A stretch of 64,000 nucleotides of DNA from the human T2T-CHM13v2.0 reference genome, Homo sapiens. The stretch lies in the NCBI RefSeq assembly GCF_009914755.1, contig NC_060935.1; one strand, written 5' to 3'. Both the position numbers and the translations under genes were made by a program. Positions within the stretch are counted from its first letter, which is position 1, and every line of letters starts with the position of its first letter. This document shows, piece after piece, positions 34,543-57,257 of this stretch. The notes beneath the pieces were generated by a model, which had not been told where the DNA came from, searched no databases, and saw only the letters and a program-made list of their open reading frames with translations.

Positions 34543-35884
34543 TGAGTTTAAGAGAAATTTCTTACAATGATTTTTAGAATGGGAAAATGAATGAGTTTAA
34601 CTTCAGTTTATCCATCTTTAAAATGAAGATTATTATTTTTTACCCACTTCACAGAGGACTTATTTAGAACAAATTATAAGTAATAGATGGTGAAAGTAAT
34701 TCAAAGAATAAAAATGTCCCATACAAATGAATGTAGTCTTCTTAGGTTATGTCTATTGTTTATAAATAGTGGAATTATTTATATTAAACATTGAAATTTG
34801 TAGTGCACAATCTAAATCCAAACGGTTTTGCATAAATTTTTTATGGCATAAAGAGGGGTTGTTTTAAAGTGTGGTTAATTATATCATTCTGAAATATTTT
34901 GTATCCTCATACAAGACATATTGTGTTGATGAAATTATAGTTGTTTTATAACCTTAAAATTTGATGACTCAAACTACCAGTAGTAGTTAACTAAGTAACT
35001 CAGACCAACATTTCCCCTGAGGGCAGCTAGAAAAGGTGGATGAATTATTTTTTTAAAAAAAATCTACTTGAAGCCATTGAAGAACTAAAAAAATCTTATG
35101 AATCACCAGTACAAGATCTGTTGGAAGACAGAACTCCAAGAAAGTGAGCCTGGAGTTTGGGGCTATCAAAAGAGTGTATGCCAATTCCACAGAGACCAAT
35201 GACTGATAGGATGAGCAATTTTATTAGCAGCTTCATGGGGCTAGGAAGACAGAGGCTAGAGTTGAAGGCTTGCCATGGTTTGGATAACTTGATAAACTCT
35301 AAAGTGTTGTATCCTAAGAAAAAAGTTAAACCAAAAATAGATAAGCCTTTTCAGGGATTATAGGTTCTTCTCAATCCCTTTACATACCATAAAACTTACC
35401 CTTTTAAAGTGTGCAATTTAATAGTTTTTTGTTTTTTACATTTTAAAGGATTGTTAACAAATAAAATAAAATAAAAAGACTAATTCTTCACAAACTCTTC
35501 CAAAAAATAGAAGAGGAGGGAACACTTCCCAACTCATTCTTTTTTTTTTTTTTTGTATATCATTACAATGGAATTCAGTTCAGCAATTAAAGGAATAAAC
35601 TTCTGATACATGCTGCAACATAGATGAACTTCAAAACATTATTCTAAGTGAAAGAAGCCAGGCCCAAAAGATCATATATTATATGATTACATTTATATGA
35701 AATTCTTGAAAGACAAATTTATAGAGACAATAATCAGAACAGTTGTTGCATAAAGTGAGAATAGGGATTAACTATAAATAGGCATGAAGGAACATTTTGG
35801 GTGGGGGTGTTGAGAATGTTCTAAAATTGGATTGTAATGATTGTTGATAACTGCAAATATACTAAAATTGTTAAATTGTACACT

Positions 35885-36234
35885 TGTGGGCTGGATGTTT
35901 GTGTTCCTCCAAAAATTCATGTGTCGAAATCCTATACCCTGATATGACGGTATTGGGAGGTAAGGCCTTTGGGAGGTAATTAGGTCATGAAGGTGGATCC
36001 TTCATGAATGGGATTAGTTCCCTTATAAAAGAACCCCAGAAAACTCTCTTTCCCACCCTCTTTCCCACCGTGTGAGGATACAATGTGAAATCGGTAGTCT
36101 GCAATACTGGAACTTGGCCAGGCTGGCACCCTGATATCAGACGTCCAGCTTCCCTAACTGTGAGAAATAAATTCCTATTTTTTTATAAGCCACTCAGTCT
36201 GTAGTATCCAATTATAGCAGCCTGAACTAAGGCA
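35885..36234 (+). mobile_element. MLT1A LTR within an old L1M 3' end
   Basis: TGTGGGCTGGATGTTTGTGTTCC...GAACTAAGGCA. Confidence 0.75.
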
Positions 36235-37215
36235 TTTTACAATGGGTAGATTTTAATGGTATGTAATTTATACTCAATAAAGTTTTTAAAAAGAACAATA
36301 ATTTATTAAGTGTCATATTTCTTTGGGTGGACTAGCCTCAACTGGGAGATTCTCACCTGAGGACTTTGATGAGATTGCAGTCAGTGCAGTCAGATATTGG
36401 TTGGGGAAGCAGTTATCTGAAGGATTGATTGGGCAGAATTTCCAAGATGGGTTACTCATGTGCCTTTTGGCTATTGACCAGTCCATCTAAATATGACCCC
36501 TCCATGGGCTTCTTCAGTTTGTTGGCAGCATTCCAAGAGAGTAGGAAGTGGAAACTACCAGTTCAGTTAATGGCTGAACTCAGAACAGAGTGTCACTTCT
36601 GCCATATTCTGTTATCAGAGCAGTCATGAGGCCTGTTGAGATTCCAGAGGGTTGGTAAATAAATGCTCTGTCTTGATAGAGGAGTGACAAGAATACATTT
36701 CAGAAAAGTGTTTGGGACAAGAGATAGTGTTGTAGACATCTTTAGAAAGAAATGCTTCATTTACCTCACCTGTTTTTATTATTATCTGTAAGATAATAGT
36801 TATTAGGAGTTCATATCATTAAAAAGTAAATTATGTAATATACCTCAAGTGCAAACAACTTTTAGATTAACTTCTATTTTAGAATATCATTGTAGTTATT
36901 GCCTTACCTTACCAAGAATACTCGAATAGTCTAAATTTAATTTCTTAGACTAATTGTTTTTCATTTGGAAAAAATAATATTTTCTAAACAGTAATACTTC
37001 CAGATCATCATCTAATCAATTAATGATTGGTATATTCATTGTATTAAGTTGAGATTATACTGACATTTATTAATCACCTATTATGTATAACATCTTGTAA
37101 GATGGGTATTATTATCCAAATTTTACAGGGGAGAAAGCTTGCCATTATTAAGTACGAAAATCAGGATTTGAACCTAGTTTTCTGAAACTCAACTCCAATG
37201 ATTACTCTTAAGAAT

Positions 37216-37511
37216 TTTTTTTTTTTTTTTTGAGACAGAGTCTTACTCTGTCATCCAGGCTAGAGAGTACAGTGGCACAATCATGGCTCACTGCAGCTTC
37301 CAACTCCTGGGCTCAAGCAATCTTCCCTCCTCAGTCTTCTGAGTAGTTGGGACTACAGCACCATGCCCGGCTAATTAAAAAAATTTTTTTTTGTAGAGAT
37401 GAGAACTCGCTCTGTTGCCCAGGCCAGTCCCAAACTTTTGGCTTCAAGTGATCCTCCCGCCTTGGCCTCCCAAAGCACTAGGATTATAGGTATGAGCTGT
37501 TATGCCTGGCC
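37216..37511 (-). mobile_element. AluJ
   Basis: T tail; CTCCTGGGCTCAAGCAATC J-type motif. Confidence 0.85.
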
Positions 37512-37609
37512 AAGATCTCTTTTTACAAAAAAACAAACAAAACTCTACATATTGAGCTTATAGCATGTAATTATCATATAATCAGCACCCAGATCCAGAA
37601 ACAAAATAA

Positions 37610-44631
<7,022 letters not shown>

Positions 44632-44796
44632 ATCACAGCTAGTGAAGTAGTGAGGCTAGGACTCATTTCTATAAGTAGTATTTAGATTTGAATCCAGATT
44701 CTATTTTACTATATAGTTTGGGCTCTATCTTATATGTCCATAGTGGAAAAGTAATAAATGATTATCATAGTTTTTCTAAGAGAAAAGGCAAAGAAA

Positions 44797-45170
44797 AGAA
44801 GATGTAGTATATATACATCATGGAATACTATGCAGCTATAAAAAAGACTGAGGTAATGTTTTTTGCAGAGACATGGATGGAGCTGGAGTCAAACTAACAT
44901 AGGAACAGAAAACCAAATACTGTCACTTATAAGTGGGAGATGAATGACGAGAACACATGGACATAAAGAGGAGAACAACAGATACTGGGGCCTACCTGAT
45001 GGTGGAGGGTGGGAGAAGGAAGAAAATCAGAAAAAAATAGTAATTGGGTACTAGGCCTAGTACCTGGGTGATGAAATAATCTGTACAACAAACTCCATGA
45101 CACAAATTTACCTATATGACAAACCTGCACATGTACCCCTGAACCTAAGATAAAAGTTGTTTTTTAAAAA
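44797..45170 (+). mobile_element. Second short L1PA13/14-like 3' end
   Basis: CATGGAATACTATGCAGC...GAACCTAAGATAAAAG. Confidence 0.88.
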
Positions 45171-45947
45171 AGAAACAAAATATTACCCACACCTCAAAAT
45201 TACCCATCATGACCCCTTCCAATCATATGCCCCAAAGATAATGATCTTTTTGTCTTTCATACGCTTTTGAACTTTTCTTAAAGAGAATCAGAGAGTATAT
45301 ACTTTTATGCCTGGCTTCCTTCACTAAACATTATATTTTTAAGTACCATCCATATTGTAGTTCATTCTCTTTGCTCTGTAGTGATCAATTGTGTAAATAT
45401 ACCACAAGTTATTTATTCTACTGTCGATAGGTTTTGGGTAATTTCCCTGTTTAAGATATTACAAATAGAATGAATATGAATGTTTTTTAACACGTGAATG
45501 AATGCTATTTAGCTATGAATACTGCTCTTCTTTTCCATGTGATTTGAGAAAAGAAATTATTACATTGGTAGAGATATAACTCACCATTAATAATATTATG
45601 GTTTAAGGTTTACATGTGATTTAATCTTATTGATTTGTAATTATGATTTTAGAATTTTTATCTAAAACTCAGAGATGTTGGAAATTGTTTATATCAAATT
45701 GGTAAGAAAATTTCTATTGATAGGAACTTTTTCTTTTTCTCACTTTTATAAAGAATATCCACTTAGCATCCATGAGTAGATATGAAAGGTGAGTCCAATA
45801 CAGGAAGTGTCTTTGTTGCCTGAGCATAAGGTATCTAGGCAAAATAGCACAGGAAGATACAACTTAATGGTATCGTGAAATAATTTAGATTGAACTCCAT
45901 TATGATTCATTTTATCTAAATATTTTTAACAATTATTTTTCATGTAA

Positions 45948-46175
<228 letters not shown>

Positions 46176-46917
46176 TGATTATGTTAAGGTGAAATATAAT
46201 ACTGTTAGTACTGGTTTCATTACTTTTGCCCAGAACAAGATTTTTAATATAATAGTATTTTTTAATTTTTTTACTTATAAGTCACTATAACTGAAATATT
46301 GCTTGGGTTACAAATAATACAGTAACTTGTTCTAATTCTATCATCCTAAAGCAACAAACTGCATTCAGTTTTAAATGAACATATTTTATTTAGTTTTATA
46401 TAAAATATATTATTTTCTATTCTGATATTTTCTTTTGCGTATGTGAAGGTATAGAGAATATGTGCATGTTACTAAAAACAATGAAAACAATGTATTTATA
46501 ATGGCAATATAGTTTTGTTCTTAAATTTCAAAATTTAGGCTTTTAGGGAAAAGAAACACCTATTTCTTTTGAAAAATTATCCTGGTAATAAATGCCAATA
46601 TAAGGATATGGTTTTTTTTCCTCTTACCCTTTGATACCTGTAACTACTAAAATGAAAATAATAGACTTTGGATTTGTGTAGTAATTTGGAAATATAATAC
46701 TTTTATTCATAAAAGTAATATAAGAAGATTAATAAGTCTTACACCCAGGAGTTATGTTTTTAGTTTTTGAAGATAACATTCTAGAAAGAGAAATTAGAAG
46801 GGCAGATAAGACTATATTTAAGAATAACCATTATAGAAAATAGTACTGACTTTTTTAAATGTTTAATCCTAAGTGTTCTCATTGTAATATATATTTTACA
46901 GTATTTATAAAAGATAA

Positions 46918-47109
<192 letters not shown>

Positions 47110-48029
47110 TAACTGTAAATTAATTTTTCTTAAATCTTTATAAAAAGCAAAATCTAATATGTAATGGTTTAAGCACTAGTTCAACAATGACATTGTTCAT
47201 TATTTTTTTCAGAAAAAAATAAATATATACATAAAACAATTATATATAAGATGTAGATCATACTATTATATATATGACAAGTAGTTTATTTGACCATATT
47301 AATGGGATTTAATTTATGCCAAAGAAATAATAAAGATTTACATTTTCTTGAATGTGGAGGTTGAAAAGGATATGAAAATATCATCTAGTTCTAACCATTG
47401 CAATTTAAGCTTCATTTTTTTCACCTGCACTCCCTATACTTTACCCAAGGCCGGATGATTCATTTCATGCTAGAACCATGGGAAAGTACTTTGATTTTAC
47501 CACCCAGACTCAGGGTTATACCTGATGGGTCCGCATAACAGCATCAGATTAACTGCCCCAAAATATTACTCTCATTAATTACTTTCATATCTTATTTATG
47601 AAATGCAAAAACGTAAGGATAAATTTTGTGAAATATATAAGTTCATTTAATTGAAGTTCTTAGGGATAAAAATGTGATAAACTTAGTATTGTTTTGAATT
47701 TTGTTTTTAATACCCAGGACTAGATTAGAATAGAATTCACATGACCTTCAGTAAATTAGGAATAAAAAGCTAAGGAGAAGAATGGAAAAATTAAAAATTG
47801 GGACATGATATGTATGGTAAGCCTTCTTTAATTTTCAGTGGCTTTAGGGTGACATCTTCCATTCTGATTTTTTTGAAAGAATTAATTGTAGGCAAGTTTT
47901 AAATAAATTATTAAAGACGTATATTAATACATGGTTAACATTCCAGAATACAAATCACAAAAACATTATACTCAGCTACAAATAGAAATTCTGATTTTTA
48001 AAGTAAACTTTATTTTAATTGACATTTAG

Positions 48030-48149
<120 letters not shown>

Positions 48150-48258
48150 TAACATATTTTATTATTTAAGTTCAAATAATATGGGTTTTGAAACTCTTTA
48201 TCATCTTTCTCTTCAGATGGTCCCTTAAACACTTTTAAAACTGCTTGTTTGAAATTTT

Positions 48259-48560
48259 CTTTTTTTTTTTCTTGAGACAAGAGTCTTGATCTTGTCGTCC
48301 AGGCTGGAGTGCAATGGCGCGATCTTGGCCCACTGCAACCTCCGCCCCCCACGTTCAAGTGATTCTCCTGTCTTGGCCCTCGCAGGTAGCTGGGATTACA
48401 GGTGCCCGCCACCACACCCAGCTAATTTTTTATATTTTTAGTAGAGATGGGGTTTCACCATGTTGGCCAGGCTGGTGCTGAACTCCTGACCTCTGGTGAT
48501 CCACCTGCCTTGGCCTCCCAAAGTGCTGCGATTATAGACGTCAGCTGCCGCGCCTGGCCT
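48259..48560 (-). mobile_element. AluS
   Basis: Full dimer about 120 bp downstream of exon 10. Confidence 0.9.
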
Positions 48561-50263
48561 GAAAAATTTTTAAATGGAGTTTTAAAAAGAATATTTGTAT
48601 TATACTACCTAGATTTAACTGACTACTGTTAACATTTTGTCTGTTTTTTGTTAACATTTTGGTATATATTCTCCAAGAGTTCTTACATAAATTTATTTTT
48701 TGTAAAGGTGGTCATAATATTGATACATATTTATGATCTGCTTTTTCACCTGGTTGTTATACAGTATACATCTTTCTATTTTTAAAATTAATTGCCTGTG
48801 TACTTTATCTTTTTAAAAGTTAGTCAAGAGTTTCAGAAAATCATTCACTTAAAAATGCTTAAAATTGATCATCTAATTTCAGTTTTTAACTGTGTTCTGA
48901 TTTATGGAATAATTTAATGGCTATTATATATTATGTTTGAATATAATTTGAGTTTCATATTAGAAAAAGATGGACTGTCTTTATATATTGTCTACAGTTT
49001 CCCTCCATGTGGACACATTTTTGAGAAATTAATTCTATAAATAGTGAATTATTCTTCAATTGGCATAACTCACTAATAATGTTTAATAATTTAAGATGAG
49101 TTACATATACTATAATTTCCACTTATATATTGTGCATTCAAAAAAGTGGTTGGATTTTATAAATGGAATATAGGGATACTTTAAGATGGACTTCAAGGGA
49201 AATGGAACGAAAAGAAAGAGGTGGTAAGGAGTCTTCACTGTCAGCTTCAGTTAGGATACATTAGTTAAGAAAATAGTCTCTGGACCTAACTTTTCTAAAC
49301 TTTAAAAATTTGTGAATGAGAATAACAATAGTACCTACTCCATAGGTAGTACTAATATAAGATAATTAATGTAAAGCACGTATCAGAATTCATGACACTT
49401 AGTAAATTGTTAGTAAAAGGTGGTGATTTATTAATAATAATTAAGTTCCCAGTGTACGCCATGTCATATCTATAGGCAAAACAATATTATTTTATCTACT
49501 AATGCATACATACACATTAAATATTTGTTGAAGTGTTAAATTTTTATTGGATATCGACATTAACTGCAATCATTAGATTCACATAGGTTATCTTATTCAA
49601 TCTTTTTTGGCAAAGTTGTATTATCTAACTTTTATAGGTGAGAAGTAAACTCAGAAGGATCTTTCCCAAGATTATAAAACTAGATACCAAAGTAGTGTTT
49701 CAGTTTTAGGTCTATCTGAGTTCTGAAGCCTATACTCTTTACACTATGCCACATTGCCTTTTCACATAGTTGAATTTCAGGAAATAGATGTTTTATTGAT
49801 CATATATGATGTGTCAGACACTGTGCTGGATGCTTTCACATATTTAGTATTTAATTCCTGTGGCAAGCCTGAGACATAGTATTTCTGACCTTTTTGTGGG
49901 GGACACAAATGTAAGTAACCAGAATTTGTAACTGTTCTGTGTACAAAACTGTTTTGTGTGCAAACATGGGTCTCTGTAATCCAGACACTACATGATATTT
50001 TTGAAAGCCAGAAAATAGCCACCTTGAGAACATTTTCCAATGCCTTTCAATACTCCTTGGTTATCCTGCCTTTTCTTTGGCACCTTTACTATGTTTTCAT
50101 AGTATATGGGAAAGTTTTTAAAAGATAATTTTTTTAATACATCAAGAGACTTTAGATGAAATAAAATTCAATTGTGGGGAATTAGTCTGTCACATCTTTT
50201 TTATGAGGATATAGTATGACTAGGAAATTATTGTACTTTTTAAATGTTGTGTGTTAAACCTAA

Positions 50264-50443
<180 letters not shown>

Positions 50444-50983
50444 TAGTAAATCAAGCTTTCTCATTTCATTACCTCTGTTCTTTTAAGTTTTTCATTAAGT
50501 AACCGTTTAGTACATACGAAGGACTGTGTACGTTTTTTTAACCACTTATCCCCAAGTTCTACTGTGTAAGTTTTGATGCATAATAATGACATGAAAAATT
50601 TTAAACCTGATACCCATCTTAAAGATAGATTAATATTCAGTACTGCTGGATCTATCATGTTTCCTTCTTTCCCCCATTCTTTTGTTTTCCTCACTGAGGT
50701 AGCCACTATCCCGAATATTATGATAATTAGTCCTTTGTTTTTTTAAAAAAATTTTTTTTTTTGTTTCAAGTACATCACATACATTTAAAATACATAACAT
50801 TCAAAAACCAAAGAGAACATTTTCAAAAGCCTTGCAAAGTATTTCAATGATGACATTAAAAACTTTTATAAACAAATTTTGCTTCCAAAAAAGTTAATGC
50901 TATTCCTTATCATAAATATAATAGTTTATATAAATACAATGAATCATAACATTTATAGTTCTCTTATTCTAGCTTATTAAAAG

Positions 50984-51235
50984 GGCCAGGCCTGGTGACT
51001 CATGCCTATAATCTAGCACTTCTACAGGCTTAGGCAAGAGGATCACTTGAGGCCAGGAGTTTGAAACCAGCCTAGGCAACAAAGCAAGACCCCATCTCTA
51101 CAAAAAAATTTTTAAAAAATTTAGCTGGATGTGGTGACACACACCTGTCCTAGCTACTCAGAAGGCTGAGGTGGGAGGATCTCTTGAGCCCAGGAGTTCA
51201 AGGCTGCAGTGAGCCATGATTATGTCATTGCACTG
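50984..51235 (+). mobile_element. AluJo, 3'-truncated
   Basis: GAGCCCAGGAGTTCAAGGCTGCAGTGAGCCATGAT; stops before the tail. Confidence 0.85.
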
Positions 51236-51819
51236 ACATATATCAAGACAGAATTTGCTCAGTTACCAATACTTGAGAAATAACATTACCATACTAACCA
51301 GTGTAAATGTCATAGACTCAACCACTGATATTACTTTTTACATTTTGGTAGTTGAGTCTAAAGTATGCATTATTTGTTTAATGGATTTGCTTTATGTCAC
51401 TGGTTCATTTTTGTCTGCCATCTGTATTTATTCTTTCTAGTGCCCTTCATTCCTTCCACCAGTCCTGTGCTTTTATTAGAGATAATTTTCTTCAACTTTT
51501 TTGTTTTAGCTGTCATTTTGTCTTAGAAGAATATATTTATATTTTAGCATGTTTGAAGGTATTATTCCATAATCTTGTGACTTTCACAGTTTTTGCTGAC
51601 AAGTCAAGACTTAGGTCATATTGAGAAATATAATATATAAATATAATATGTTCCTTTTTCTCTTTCCTATTGGTTTTTAGCATTTTAACTATGATGTACT
51701 CATGTAATTTTTTTTTGTATTAATCCTGCCTGATGTTTAGTGAACCTTTTGAATATGTTGATTGGTAGTTTTTTACTGGTTTCTATCATGCTCTTCAAAA
51801 TTCAGCCTCTCCATTGTCT

Positions 51820-53030
51820 AATTCCAAAGCCGCTCCCACATTTTTAGGTGTTTGTCACATCAGTACCTCACTTCTAGGTGCCAAAAGTCTGTATTAGTTT
51901 CCTATTGCTGCTGTAATAAGTTACCAGAAATTTAGTCACTGAAAACCACACAAATTTATTATCTTACAGTTCTGGAGGTCAGAAGTCCAAAAAAGGCTTC
52001 ACTGGAGTAAAATCAAGGCATCAACAGAACTATTTTTCTCCTATATACTCTAGAGGAGAATTTGTTTCCTTGCCTCCTCCAATTACACTCCTTGGCTCAT
52101 GGCCCTTTCTTTCTTTCTTTCTTTGTTTATTTTGGAGACGGTGTCTCACTCAGTCACCCAGGCCAGAGTACAGTGGCTTGATCTCGGCTCACCGCAACCT
52201 CCGCCTCCTAGGCGGGTTCAAGCAATTCTCCTGCCTCAGTCTCCCAAGCAGCTGGGACTACAGACGCACGCTGCCATGCCTGGCTAATTTTTCGTATTTT
52301 AGTAGAGATGGGGTTTCACCATGTTGCCCAGGCTGGTCTGGAACTCCTGAGCTCAGGCAATCCGCCCACCTCAGCCTCTCAAAGTGTTAGGATTACAGGC
52401 GTGAGCCACTGTGTCTGGCCGGCCCATTCTTTAAAGACAGCAGCATAACATCTTCAAATTTCTTTTTGACCCTGACCTTTTGATCTTTCCAAGGAACTAG
52501 TGAAAATCAATCCAGCTCTGCAACCTTGGCTTTCTGTGCAGAACACACTTAACTGACAGTGACTCTCTTAATTTTAGTCTCTCTTGTAGTCTGGATAGGC
52601 TGAGAATTTCCTGAATTATCAAGTCCTTATTCCTCTTTGCTTACGAGTTCTCCCCCAATCTTTCTTTTTCCTCTCATATTTACTATAAACAGTAAGAAAC
52701 CAGACTACACCTTCAATGCTTTGCTTGGAAATTTCCTCAACTAAATGTCTAAGTTATCATTTGTAAGTTTTGTATTCCACATAACTGCAACACCTAATTC
52801 AGCCAAATTTTCTGTTACTGTGTAACACGGATTCCCTTGCCTCTAGTTTCCAATAACATGTTTCTCATTTCCTTCTGAGCATTCATTGGCAATGACCTTA
52901 ATGACCATTTTTCTATCTCCAGTCTGTTCTCAATGACTTAGGTATAGTATTCTCTAAGACAATATATGTTTTCTCTCTCATGCTGCACACTTCCTTCTGA
53001 GTTCTTACTAGCAGTGTTATGAGTTCTCAT
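51820..53030 (-). mobile_element. MLT1 LTR plus MaLR internal fragments
   Basis: TGTATTAGTTTCCTATTGCTGCTGTAA...CTGGAGGTCAGAAGTCC; MLT1-int-like sequence on both sides. Confidence 0.65.
52113..52420 (-). mobile_element. AluS
   Basis: TSD GGCCC(T/A)TTCTTT. Confidence 0.88.
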
Positions 53031-53250
53031 ACATAGTGTTATGGAGCCAAGTATCTGTAGAAGAAAGGAAACCAAGTAGCTTTGGGAAACCAAATAGCTA
53101 TTGCAATGGAAAATTATGATGAAAACTAAGACAAGAAGGACCATGGGATGTGCTGTCCTATTCTCACTGCACTGGAGAACTAATGGAAAATAAATGACAA
53201 GTTTAGGGCTGTAATTAATGGTTGGAGAACCAGGTAGCATCTCTGACTGA

Positions 53251-53585
<335 letters not shown>

Positions 53586-56265
53586 AAGAAACCCTTATTT
53601 TTTATAGTAATAGGATCATAACTTCTGAAAATAAAACCCAATGTCTGATCCTGAAGTTGCTTGAAATACAATGCAAATGAGTTTGTGGCCTCAGTAGACT
53701 TCTTATGTTAGAATTAAGATATCAAATGGGAAATAAAGGATCCTGATAATCAAAAAGAGATCATTTGGATAGATTTAAATAAATGTTGCCTTGTATTCCC
53801 CAAATCCTGCTGATTCTTCATGCTGGGAAGCAGTCATTTCTCCTTGTGTTGATTGCCTGAAAACCCTGTAATTACCTCACTTGAGATTCTTGATTTATAG
53901 GGAAATAATTCACTTCTAAATCCAACTCCACTGTCACTCATTTCTTTGAGATCCATAATTAAACTTAAATCCTGCAGATCTTAGGGGAATAAGTATTAAG
54001 TCTGAACACCAGAATAATTTACCAATTCATATTGGTAGAAACCTGGGGGATATATGTCTGAATAGACTTAAGGGTGTTAGACCAGGGAGAAAGGAAGATG
54101 TACCTACCAGAGATTCTGGAGTCAGTGTATTAGCTTGAGCAACTGGCAGTGGCTCTAACAGTTTGCCTCATGAGTTGTCTAAAGTATAGGCATCAGATGA
54201 AGTAGAATTGTTGAAACTCCTTGTATACTGTAGAGGAAGGAATCCAGAAGCTCACAATGTTAAGATGTTGAAATGGGGTGATCATATTCAATTTTATCAC
54301 CCATCCCTAATTTTATCCCCAAGAAGTATCCTCCTTTATCACAGTGGTGAGAAATATATTTCAGCATTAATTCCTGGAGAGTGAAATGCTATGCTGGTCC
54401 TACAGCCAGAGTTAGGGGCCTATGGAATTTAGGTGATAAAAGGATTTTGGCCTGGGTTCATCTCATAATGGTAGTTAGCAGAACCACACCCATTTTCTGA
54501 ATGTATAGTTTGAGTAAACATATTCAGCAACTGTCAGAATCCCTTCATCAATTCCTTGATCTTTGGAAAGAGGACCATCGTTGTAGGAAGGATCAAATGG
54601 AATCTCCAGGAATTGCCTCATTCTGGCAAAACAGTGAACCAAAAGCAGTATACCACATTCCTAGATGAGTTGCAGAAATCAGTGCTACTAGCAAATACTT
54701 AATAGATGCAGGAATGGTGATTTCCATCACATTGCTGTTCAACTTAATTATATAGCTTTTACACAGGATAAGTAGATCCTGGAAAATGATGGTGGATTAT
54801 TCTCAATGTAATCAGGTGGTTACTCTAGTTGCTACAGCTGTTCCAGATGTGGTCTCTTCTTTTAATAAGTTAACCTAACTTGTGATATTTGGCACAGAGC
54901 AATTGATCTGGAGAGTTGTTTTTCCTCCATAACTCATAGCAAAATTCACAAGAAGACATATATTTACATCTGGCAGGCATCACAATACACTTCTATTGTC
55001 TTAGTTCTGGGCTATGTCAAGTCTTTCATTCTCTGTTATAATCTAGTCTGTTCCCGTAAGTTATCAAGGTCAGCCATTACATTGATGAGATAATGATGAA
55101 TAGCTCCATTGAGCAAGAAGTAACAGATATCCTAGATGCCTTCATAAGAGTGCCAGAAGATGAGAGATGAGAAAAATTGCTAAAAAATTCAGAGATCTGT
55201 CATATCATTGAAGTATACTAGGGATCCAGTGGTCTAGGACATGTTGAGATATTTCCTCCGAGTTGAGGGATAACTGAGACATTTGAAATTCTCTACATAA
55301 AGGGCTCTTTGGATTCTGAAGGCAAATTCATGACTTCTGAGTACTATTGCTCCAAAATACTACTGTAAGGCTGTATGTGCAACCCAGAGCAAGAGAAGCA
55401 TGTGAAGCAATTTCTACTCGTTGTGCAAATTACTCTGCCATTTTTCCATCTGACTGCCAAAAGAAAATGTCTTTTGCAGATAGAGATCCCCTTTGGAGTC
55501 TCTAGAAGACCACTACAAGATAATTACAGTGTAAATACATGGAGTTTTGAAACAAAACCAGGCAGCTTTCCTCAAATAATTATTTTCCTTTCTGTAAAAG
55601 CAGCTAAATTGTTGTTGCACTTTGGTAGAATCTGAATACTTGGCCATGGGCACTAGATTACCATGTTACCTGCCCATAATGAATTTGGGGCCCTCTGATC
55701 CTCCAGTTCATAAATTTGTCATGTGCAGTAGTTCTCAATCATCAAGGGGAAGAATTACTTACAAGATTAGTTTTGAGTTGCTCCTAAAAGCACAGAATGT
55801 AAGTTCAGACTTCCATGACATTTATTCCTAATACACCAATACCTCTTCCTTAATCCATAGTTACGGCTTTGTGGGGAATTCCCTATGACCAGTTGACTTA
55901 AAGAGAAAGACCAGTTGCCCTGGTTTATAAATAGTTCTGCCCAATATGCCAGTACTTCCTCAAAGTGGATAGCTACAGCATTGTAGGATCACTCAAAGGT
56001 ATCTTTTGAAAGGTAATAAGGTAAATCCTTCCAGTGAGCAGGTCAAGCGGTGAATCAGTTGGTCAAGAAAGAGACATGGCCAGCTGAAAGGATCTGTACT
56101 GATTTATGATCAGTAGCTAAGAGCTTCCTTGGATGCTTTGGGACTTAGAAGGAAAAATATTTTAAAATTGGAGTTTTTAATTGGACAAGGTGTTTTAGTT
56201 AGGGGGTTTATGGCTAACCTTCCCAGAGTGGAAGGTGGATATTTGTTTGCGATGTGAATGCTTAC

Positions 56266-56733
56266 TATGATGCTTAATTTTACATGTCAGCTTGGCTGGG
56301 CAGTAGTACCTACATATTTGGTCAGACATTAATTTTAATATTTCCTTCAGGGTATTTTTTGGATGAGATTAACATTTAAATTGATGGACTTTAAGTAAAG
56401 CAGATAACCCTCCATAAGGTCGGTGGGCCTCATCCAGTCAGTTGAAGGCCTTAATAGAAACAAAGAGTGACCTCCTCTGAGCAAACAGGAATTCCACCAG
56501 TAGACAGCCTTCAGACTTGAACTGGAATATCAGCTCTTCCTTGGGTCTTTAGCCAATCAGCCCACCCTGCAGATTTTGGATTTGCCAGCCTCCTTAATTT
56601 CATGAGCAAGTTCCTTAAAATAAATCTCTCTCTCTCTCCCTCTCTCTCTCTCTATATATATATATATAAAATATATATATGAATTATATATATTCATATA
56701 TATATATGAATAACCCTCACTAATATATAATAT
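56266..56733 (+). mobile_element. MLT2 LTR with (TC)n(TA)n microsatellite
   Basis: GGATGAGATTAACATTTAAAT...GGTGGGCCTCATCCAGTCAGTTGAAGGCC. Confidence 0.8.
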
Positions 56734-56869
56734 TTGCCAAAGGCCATTCACTGCAAAGAAGGCTCTTGATGATCAGGTGGACAAAATGATCTCTTATCTT
56801 ATAGCGATCAGTCTCTTTCCCTATGAACTCCAGTTCTTATTCCGTGGGTTTATGCACACAACAGCTAAG

Positions 56870-57257
56870 TGTATTAGTCTGTTCTGACATTGCTATAAGG
56901 AAATACCTGAGACTGAGTAATTTGTGAAGGAAAGAGGCTTAATTGAGTCACAATTCTGCGGCTGTACAGGAGGCATGGCTGGAGAGGCCTCAGGAAACTT
57001 ACAATCATGGCTAAAGGTGAAGGGAAAGAAAACACCTTCTTCACACGATGGCAGAAAGGAGAAGTGCAAGCAGGGGAAATGCCAGATGCTTATAAAACCA
57101 TCAGATCTTGTGAGACTCACTATCATGAGAACAGCCTGGAGAAAACTGCCCCCATGATCCGGTTACCTCTACCCTTAGTCCCACCCTTGACATGTGGGGA
57201 TTATAGGGTTACAATTCAAGATGAGATTTTGGGTGGGAACACAGCCAAACAATATCC
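56870..57257 (-). mobile_element. MSTA/B MaLR LTR
   Basis: TGTATTAGTCTGTTCT...ACAATTCAAGATGAGATTT; 5-bp TSD CTAAG. Confidence 0.85.

Noticed and set aside
35380-35560. Short opposite-orientation L1M pieces and a T tract suggesting an inversion or transduction
   Set aside because: Too degenerate to define junctions or a TSD
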